Assembly (NCBI GenBank): GCA_012295275.1
Contig: CM022671.1
Coordinates: 18,724,001 to 18,788,000, forward strand
Direction of reading: 5' to 3'
Length of the DNA: 64,000 nt
Origin: Chrysomallon squamiferum
Lineage: Eukaryota > Animalia > Mollusca
Position numbers and translations under genes: made by a program. Under the pieces are notes generated by a model. The model worked only from the letters and a program-made list of their open reading frames with translations, made no database searches and had not been told where the DNA came from. This document shows positions 56,101 to 64,000 of this stretch, one piece after another; positions within the stretch are counted from its first letter, which is position 1; the number at the start of each line of letters is the position of its first letter.

Positions 56101-59100
56101 ATGTTCTTTTTTAATGAAATGATAGATTTCCTGAAATGAATTTGGTCCTAATTGTTATGTCCTTTTTCATTTTAAACACTTATTTATGTTAAAAGTATAG
56201 ATTCATTAAGAGACGTATTATACATTTTTCTGAAATTATGTCCTAAATTTATTGTTATACTTTGCATTTTGTTTCTGTTTGTTTTACAGTCCTTATGGTG
56301 GCATTAAAATAAAAACTTCAGCTGGTTATGGAAAAGGTACTGGTCCCATTCATTTTGGAAATCTAGCATGTACTGGTGAAGAGTCCAGTATTTTTGATTG
56401 TGTACATCCACGTTTTGGTTGCAGTCACAGTGAAGATATTGGGGTCAAATGTTTAGGAAACCAGTTACCCAAACCTGAAGGTAACTTTCTTAGAAGAATT
56501 GTAGCCATCAGTTTCCAAAAATACATTGCACAGAAATAATAGATCCGAATGTTTTTAAATATCTTTTTTTTTTAAATGCATGGCTTTATAACACATTTGC
56601 TAATGACACTTCCTGAATAAGATATTAGTTTCCTAATAGTTTGGTATTTTCCTATTTTTGTTTGAAGCCACTGAAAAAAATATCCATAAACTGAATATCA
56701 GGTAGTACCTGGTTGTGTAGCCAGTTTTTAAAACAAATATTTTTGAAAGTGGTGTAGTGTGTTAATTATGTGACCATCAGGTATATCAAAAACAACTGAA
56801 ATGAAAATTATACATAATCACAGATTTAAAATGTTGAATTATCAATCACACAGAGAATAACAAACAATTTTATACCTCTTTCAGATGTCCTAAATGAAGT
56901 ATTGATCAGCAATCTTTTGATAATCAATACTACTGATGGCATCACCATTGATGGCAATGTATCAAGATTCGTAAATGTAACATCATCATATTCTTCAAAG
57001 CATGGCATCGTCTTTGATGGAAATCCAAAAGACAGATCAGATTATAATTTTGTTGGTGTAAATTCTTTTCTGAATGCTAAATCTGGTATTGGAATTTTCA
57101 GTTCCACTCTGGTTAATAACTTGAATATAACAATAACATCTTGTAACTTCAGTAACAATGCAGAGTATGGGCTACACTTGTCAGCAATGCACAATATGAC
57201 TTTATCAAACTGTGCTATTGAGAGAAATTCTATTGGGGGAGTGAATGTGGATAATGCACCACAGTTCCATTTTGGTGTTTTGAACTCGAGCTTTACCAGA
57301 AATCAGAGGTTTGCTTTGTCAATAACAGACAAAACTACAGAAAAGAAATGGGCAGATGTTTTAGTCAAGGACTGCATATTTCACAACCATAAAAGATATA
57401 GGTACTATTGGGATGACAGCATTATTGATATCACGATTCGTTATGGACGCTCTTCTCAAATTAGTATTGTAAACAATAATTTTACAAACAATGATAACAA
57501 AAACATTAAAATCACATTACCCAGGTATGAGAAAGCAAGTTACATTGCTATAATTAACAACACAGTGCAGCAAGCTAATAGAATAGTGTTTGAAATCACT
57601 GATGACAGATATTCTAAAAATGTGTTCATAGTTGCTAACAACACAATAATTAACAATACAATGTCTTCTTCAGATTATCTTGGTTTATTTCATAACACAA
57701 AAAACTTAAATATATCGGGTAACCTCTTTAAGTTCAACAAAGTAAAATCACTGCTGAAAATGACTGGAGATGATAAGAATTCACCCAATATTTCAATTAC
57801 CAACAACACATTTATCAATAACACTGTTAATAATGTTGTTCTAACATATCTCTATGGCATTGTTGTGCAAAATAATACATTCAGTAATCCTGAATCTGGC
57901 TGTGAACTGAACACACCCAAATTTGACTCTCTCTTAACTGTGAATGCTCAGTATAACTACTGGGGTCATGCCACATTGGAAGAAATTGTTGAAAGAATCT
58001 GTGGTTTTGATAGTCATATGGACAAGTGCATTGTACAGTATATCCCTTTCTACGAATCGATGACCATGAAGAGATTGTCCTTCTCTGGCTTTGAAAATCC
58101 TTTGTATACTAAAGCCTATGGAGGAACTTTCTCTAAGGAGATAACATTTGATGCTCAAAGGTCCCCATTTCTGATTAGACGTTCAGTATACATTGGGTGA
58201 GTAGAATTATGTTTGATCATAGTCTTTAAATTTTGAAAAATGTAAAAATTGTTTACAGAGTGAAAGAATAAAGCATTTTGCAAATAATTCATTACTAATA
58301 ATTTATGTCTTTATCAAAGTTTCTTGATAGAATGATGCATTGCTTTGATCTTATTGATTTTGAAAGGTTAGATTCTACTTTTTATTTACTAATACATTTT
58401 TTATTTATGTATTTATTTATTTATTATTATTATTTTATTTATTTTTTATTTTTTACAGGGTGGACAGACAACTAATTATAGAGAAAGGTGCCAAACTAAT
58501 ATTTGAAAAAAATCGAGGCATATATGTTGAAGGTTAATATAAATTATTTGTTTATGTATTTTATGACTGTATAATTATTTTTTCATAATATTCTCTCCCA
58601 AAATGTTTCACATTCAGTCTAAATAAATAAATGTGTTTGTTTTTTTGAATTATTTAGGTCAGTTGACAGCTAATGGAACTAGGAAAGAGAAAATAATCTT
58701 TAAACCAGTAGAAAATGAAACATGGTATGGCATTATCTTCCCATATAGAATCAGTAAGTAAAATTATTTCAATATATATACACAAATAAATAAATGTATA
58801 ACAACTCAATCATACTATACATTTGACAGAATTTTTTTTTTTCCATTAGTACATAAAAATATATTTTTATTTTATGTATATTCAATAGTTTTTTAAAAAT
58901 TTGGATTCTTCTGTTTCCAGGTGATAATAATACTGGAATGTTGAATTTTTTAAGTTTTATATTTCTGTTGAAATATATTGTCAGTATTAAGTAAAGTTAG
59001 TGCGGCAGATAATATATGTCAGTGTAATACAAATGTATAACTGATATTTGTATCAGTACAATTATTATACAGTGAATCATACTGTAAAATACATGTCAAT

Positions 59101-62100
59101 GTAATGTATTAAATGTTTGATATCAGTCTTACTCAATAATAAATTAAGTGAAATAAACAATGACGAATTATTACTTTTTCTCTTACATTACTTTCAATAT
59201 ATTAGCACACAGAATAAATAACAAGATAAGACTTGTGGGCAGAAACAGTTCCAATGAGGGCAGAGTAGAGGTTCTACACAACTTCACCTGGTACACTGTT
59301 TGTGATGACAGATTTGGCAAGGAGGAAGCAGTGTTGATCTGCAATGATTTAGGATACAGGTATACATTTAATAAAAAATAATTCACTGTTAACTAAACTA
59401 TTAGAACACAGATATAACTTTAACTTCAAGAATGAAAATGAAGTTATCTTTATTTAAAATATATATACTGTCATTTTACTAAAAAAATCTGTCAATTTAT
59501 ACATTTTACTTACAGCACTGGGTGTTATGTTAATGTAACTGGACAACATCTGTTATCAAATATATTACACTGATATGTATTATCTAACACATCATCTAAT
59601 TTTTTACAAAGATATTTATTACTTAATGTATTATCCTGACATCAGTTATCTAATATATTACCCACACTTTCATTATCTGAAGTATTACACTAAGATCAAG
59701 TATGTATTACACCGACATGTTTTATTATATAATACTGACATTAGTTATCTAATGTATTACACTGTCATCATTTGTCTAATGCATTACAGACATCAGTTAA
59801 CTAATATATTGTACTGACATCTGTTAACTAATGTATTACATGACATCAAGTGTCTAATGTATTACACTGACATCACTTATCTAATGTGTATTACATTGAC
59901 ATCTGTTAACTAATATATTACACTGACATTTGTTCTGTAATATATTACATTCACATCAGTTAACTAATGTATTACACTGACATTTGTTATTTAACATATT
60001 TGTTATTTAACTATATTAACATCAGTTACCTAATACATTAATAATGATTTCAAATATATTTTGTATAATGTACTAAACTTGTTTATAATATTAATATAAT
60101 TATCAGTTCTAGAAATATTAAATACTATGGTTCAGCAAAGTTTGGTAGAGGCAGTGGGCCAATTTTGTTTGACTTAGGATGTACATCATATGACATCACA
60201 CTTGATGAATGTCAGAAATCAGGATGGAGTACAACAAGATGTTCTCACAGTGAGGATGCAGGAGTAAACTGTGGCAATGTGCTACTGAAAAAACAAAGTG
60301 TTGGCAGTAAGTAACAGGGAAAATTCTCCTTTAAATTTTACTGTAACAAAAATTTGTAATAGGTTTATTATTTTTATCTTTTAATAGTAACTTTAAATTT
60401 ATGATTGAAATATAGAGGTTTCTTATTAGGTTTAGTAATATTTTTATAGCTAATAGGATTAACAAATGTAAAATGAGGTTTATAAATAAAAAGAAAATTA
60501 GTTTAAAAATGTAAAAATTTCTATATTAAAATGAATAATGTTCTTGTACTACAAAACAATAAGAACAAAAAAATAAATATAAATAAATAAATAAATATGT
60601 GAATAAGTAAGTTAGTAAGTAAACAAGTAACTTGAAACAAATTCTTTATGGATAAATTTAACCATATTCCAGTATCCTCAGTTATGTAGGGTTGTGATCT
60701 ACACAATGGCTTCTCGGTATAATTTCTTTTTTGTTCTTTTTTTAAGTTGCAGATATAAAAAATAATATTTTCACAAAATCACTAAGGTATGCTTATGTTA
60801 AAATGTTTAGAATAAAAAATGTTCTAAAACCTTAACTAAAGAAAACATTATTTAATCAAAACTGCTGATAATATATATTTTTTTTTCTGTCAAATTTTAG
60901 TTTCCACCTTGGAGAATGCTATTATATCTGGATCACGTAAAGGAGTTGTTGTGAATACAAACACACTTAATATTTCTAACTGTTACATTAACAACACTGT
61001 AGAGTCAGGCATCACACTGCAGACAAAGGTGCGCTGGTTGAATCTAAATGGTACAGTGATCACATCTAGCAAGCAACATGGAATATCTGCACAAGTAAAC
61101 AAAAATTTACACATCAAAAATGGCACAGTTTCAAACAATGCAAAGAATGGAATCTTTGTATCTGGAAGTCATGGTGAATTGGTTGTTTCAGAAATGACTG
61201 TTGTTGGAAACAAACAACATGGAATTGCATTTGACATAGATAATAATGGACCACATTTGTTAACAATTTCAGCATCTAAATTTTATAATCATTCAGTTGC
61301 AGCACTGTATGTAAATATTAAGTATTTTATTATACTGTTGCCATTTTAATTGACAACAATAAATTTATAAACAATTCAGGAAAAAGTATTGATATTGAAT
61401 CTTCATATAGGTATGACCACAACTATCTGAGAAATATTTCTTTACTTTCAAACAGCTTTATTCAGTCTGGAGCTGTTGCTATCAAAAGTCAGTACAGAAC
61501 ATCAGTGACAGTGAAGGACAACACAGTGACAAACTGCAGCAGTGGAGTCAGTTGTTACTTTACACTTGATGTTTATTCAGGAAGTTCTCAGAATAAACCA
61601 ACCAATATTCTCATCTCCACAAATTCATTTTCTAATGTAACTGGGAAATGTGTTGTTTCATTAAAAACTAATACAAAACAGTTCCCTGGGAACTTTCAGT
61701 ACAACCAAATTGTAGCTTCTAAAGCAGAAGAAGCAGCCATTCTTGTCAACAGTCCATATATAAATCTGACATACAACATCTTAGATAATCCTAAAGCTGA
61801 TTATGAAGTAAAGGTTCTTCAACAAGGAAGTGGAGTAATCCCAGCCACAAATAACTGGTGGGGAACAACAAATGCTGAAAGAGTTAAAGATCGCATATTA
61901 GATAAACGGCAGGATCAACGACTATTCTCTGTTCAGTTTGAACCTTTTCTAGTTGACCAGAAGTTTGACTGTTCACAAGTGAACAACTGCAGTGGTAAGG
62001 GAGAATGTGTTCGACCCAATGGATGCAGGTGTAAATCTGGCTGGACTGGTGCTGATTGTACTTTGCATGACTGTTCTGAAATAGGCAGTTGTCATGGCAA

Positions 62101-63847
62101 TGGCAAATGTATTGGGCCAAATGTGTGCAACTGTTCCACTGGATGGACAGGATCTTCTTGTGTGACAGCTACCTGTTTTGATGTTTCTAACTGCAGTGGT
62201 CCAGACAGGGGCCTGTGTATTCTACCTAACAAGTGTCATTGCTTGCCTCAGTTCAGTGGTGTTGACTGTTCACAGTGTTCAAAATACCACTGGGGTCCTA
62301 ACTGCTACCCATGTCCTGTTTGCAAGCATGGACACTGTGATGTTCAAACAGGTAAAAGACCAATTAAGATTTTTTTAAAGTGGTGCATCTATCAGCTGTT
62401 TAGTTTTTATTGTCATTATTAACTTTCTAAATGATGAAGACAGTTATTTAATACCCCAAATTGATATGAAATATCCTTCCTTTCGAATAAACATTTAACT
62501 ACAAATACTGTAATAGTTGTTCATGGAGCCTTAAGATTATTACATGTTCATAAACATAGACAAAAATATACACTTGTGCAGATTTGGAGTTTCCTATAAA
62601 CCTTAATGCCTGCAGTATGTTGCATTCTGTTATGGAAAGCAGGTTTGAATCATCCACTGTTCTCTGCAAAGATATTTAAACCAATAATTTTATTTAAACA
62701 TAAATTTATAGTGGTACACAATTTATTCATCTTAGACATGTCATCATAGTGTATCATAACAGAACTGGAGTATGATAAAATGATTTATTTAATAATATTG
62801 GAAAAGTGTTTTCTTATATGAATTTAATTTTTTTCAAAACCTAAACAAATTAATGTGAATCACAGCTTGCTTTGGTGTTGTGTAATTCTTATAATTATTA
62901 ATTAGCACACTTTTTGCTTTAATGTTATTATTTTCTTGTAACTATCAATTACATTTTATTGTTATATTTTTTATTACTTCCAAAGGTGTTTGTGTCTGTG
63001 AATCAAAGAACTGGGCAGGAAGACTCTGTGACGAATGCAGTGAAACATTCTATGGTCCATTGTGTCTGCCTTTCACTAACATTTTGGACATAGTTCCAAA
63101 CAGTGCACAAGATACAGGTGGGACATTAGTTCATGTGTGGGGACACAACTTTCCTGAGACTGATGGGCATGTATTCTATTGCAAGTTTGGAACTGATGTT
63201 GTTAATGGAAGTTGGATATCCAAACGTCATCTTACCTGTAAGAGTCCACAACACAAAGCCAGTGAGGTCTTTCTAGAAGTATCTCCAGATGGAAAAGATT
63301 TTACAAAAAATAAGGTACCAATTATTACCTGCTATCTTCAACATTACTTTATTGTTTTATCTGCAAAAACAGCACATAACTAGCTTTGGAAAATAATTAT
63401 GAATCTGATATACTGATTCACATTTTGAAGTTATCACAGTATAATGATTAAGTAGTTGCAGTATAATATTTTAAAATTTTCAAAAGTAGCTTCAGTTCAG
63501 TGTATTTCAGTGTCTTTTGTTTTATTTATTTTATTTTTTTTATTCTTAATAAATAGAAAAAAAATAAAAATAAATAACACATCACAAATAATGTCCAGTT
63601 ATAATAACATTCTCTAACATCAACTTTTCAGACATCATTTAGCTTCTACGCAGTATGCCCTCCTGGAGCTTGCAATTCTGATAAAACACCTCCCCACGGA
63701 CAGTGCATGTTTGGAGGATGTTTATGTAACCTTCCATGGAGTGGTCCTGACTGTTCTGTGGAACTCCTGGCACCTGTTATACAGCAGATGGGTAACCAGC
63801 AGATCCTGGAGGGAGACGAGTATCAAATGCAGATGAAGCTAAAACAG
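44045..63847 (+). CDS. Giant secreted or cell-surface multidomain protein, bark beetle/Anakonda-like: signal peptide - F5/8 type C - 4x beta-helix (PbH1) module with 2 SRCR - EGF repeats - IPT/TIG - EGF; 3' partial
   Basis: Exons 44045-44111, 45949-46077, 46432-46679, 47961-48086, 49390-49528, 50671-50778, 51018-52361, 52734-52844, 53290-54690, 54885-54983, 55826-56021, 56290-56480, 56885-58196, 58459-58532, 58658-58753, 59206-59359, 60107-60306, 60901-62351 (frameshift near 61325, or a short intron), 62986-63314, 63632-63847; about 2,660 aa so far. F5/8C: [21 protein letters not shown]...ARFVAINP...[13 protein letters not shown]: [20 protein letters not shown]...[11 protein letters not shown] and [18 protein letters not shown]...[11 protein letters not shown]. 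Also NYWG/NNWWG motifs, [27 protein letters not shown] and [15 protein letters not shown]...YCKFG. Confidence 0.88.
44131..45671. repeat. Tandem duplication of ~770 bp in intron 1 of the giant gene
   Basis: Copy A ~44131-44903 and copy B ~44913-45671 both start '...tttttaatcgatgaatagtgcatgacgtg' and end 'accacacatcttttcaaacag'. This explains the twin ORFs 44386-44640 and 45187-45405. Confidence 0.95.
45769..45839. repeat. (GA)n microsatellite
   Basis: Direct reading. Confidence 0.97.
59545..60040. repeat. ~27-bp minisatellite (consensus ~TATTACACTGACATCAGTTATCTAATG) in the intron splitting SRCR2
   Basis: About 17-18 diverged tandem units; explains the Tyr-rich ORF 59575-59817. Confidence 0.85.
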
Positions 63848-64000
63848 GTACAAATAGTTTTCACAAACATTTCATTATCATTAACATTTTAGGATGTTGT
63901 TGTGGTTTTCCAGTGAGGACTTAAAATAAGCTCATCTAAGAAATCCATATGTTAAATTAAATTAAGCTGACTGTACTAGAATTTAGTACTGCACAAGTAA

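Noticed and set aside
50999-58200. Long intronless beta-helix ORFs as bacterial or horizontally transferred genes
   Set aside because: Each is bounded by in-phase GT-AG sites and joins SRCR and EGF exons of one animal gene.
59545-60040. CRISPR-like array or Tyr-rich protein
   Set aside because: Contiguous degenerate units with no unique spacers, intronic in a eukaryotic gene, and no cas genes nearby.
61322-61335. Programmed -1 ribosomal frameshift
   Set aside because: No canonical X XXY YYZ heptamer or evident downstream structure; an indel or intron is more parsimonious.

Overview
AT-rich, intron-rich animal genomic DNA; a mollusc-like invertebrate is my inference from composition and gene content. 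I rebuilt five spliced genes by hand from GT-AG junctions and frame continuity: (1) an uncharacterised 233-aa signal-peptide, 12-Cys, putative GPI-anchored protein (- strand, 3532-8645); (2) TMEM243 (+, 11043-13946); (3) DMTF1 (-, 16392-26086); (4) SUCLG2 (+, 29282-35702); (5) a 3'-incomplete gene of more than 2,600 aa (+, from 44045). Gene 5 encodes signal peptide - F5/8C - four bark-beetle/Anakonda-like beta-helix modules (two with SRCR) - EGF repeats - IPT/TIG - EGF, with an apparent 1-nt frameshift near 61325. Bases 1-3003 duplicate 10190-13222 and carry a broken 5' copy of TMEM243. TMEM243 and DMTF1 are convergent neighbours, as at human 7q21. Mobile and repeat content: RTE, L1/Tx1 and MULE fossils, a hAT MITE with a perfect 8-bp TSD, a 1.5-kb TIR element, a ~770-bp tandem duplication, and mini- and microsatellites. 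No tRNA, rRNA or CRISPR was seen. All homology calls come from recalled motifs, not database searches.
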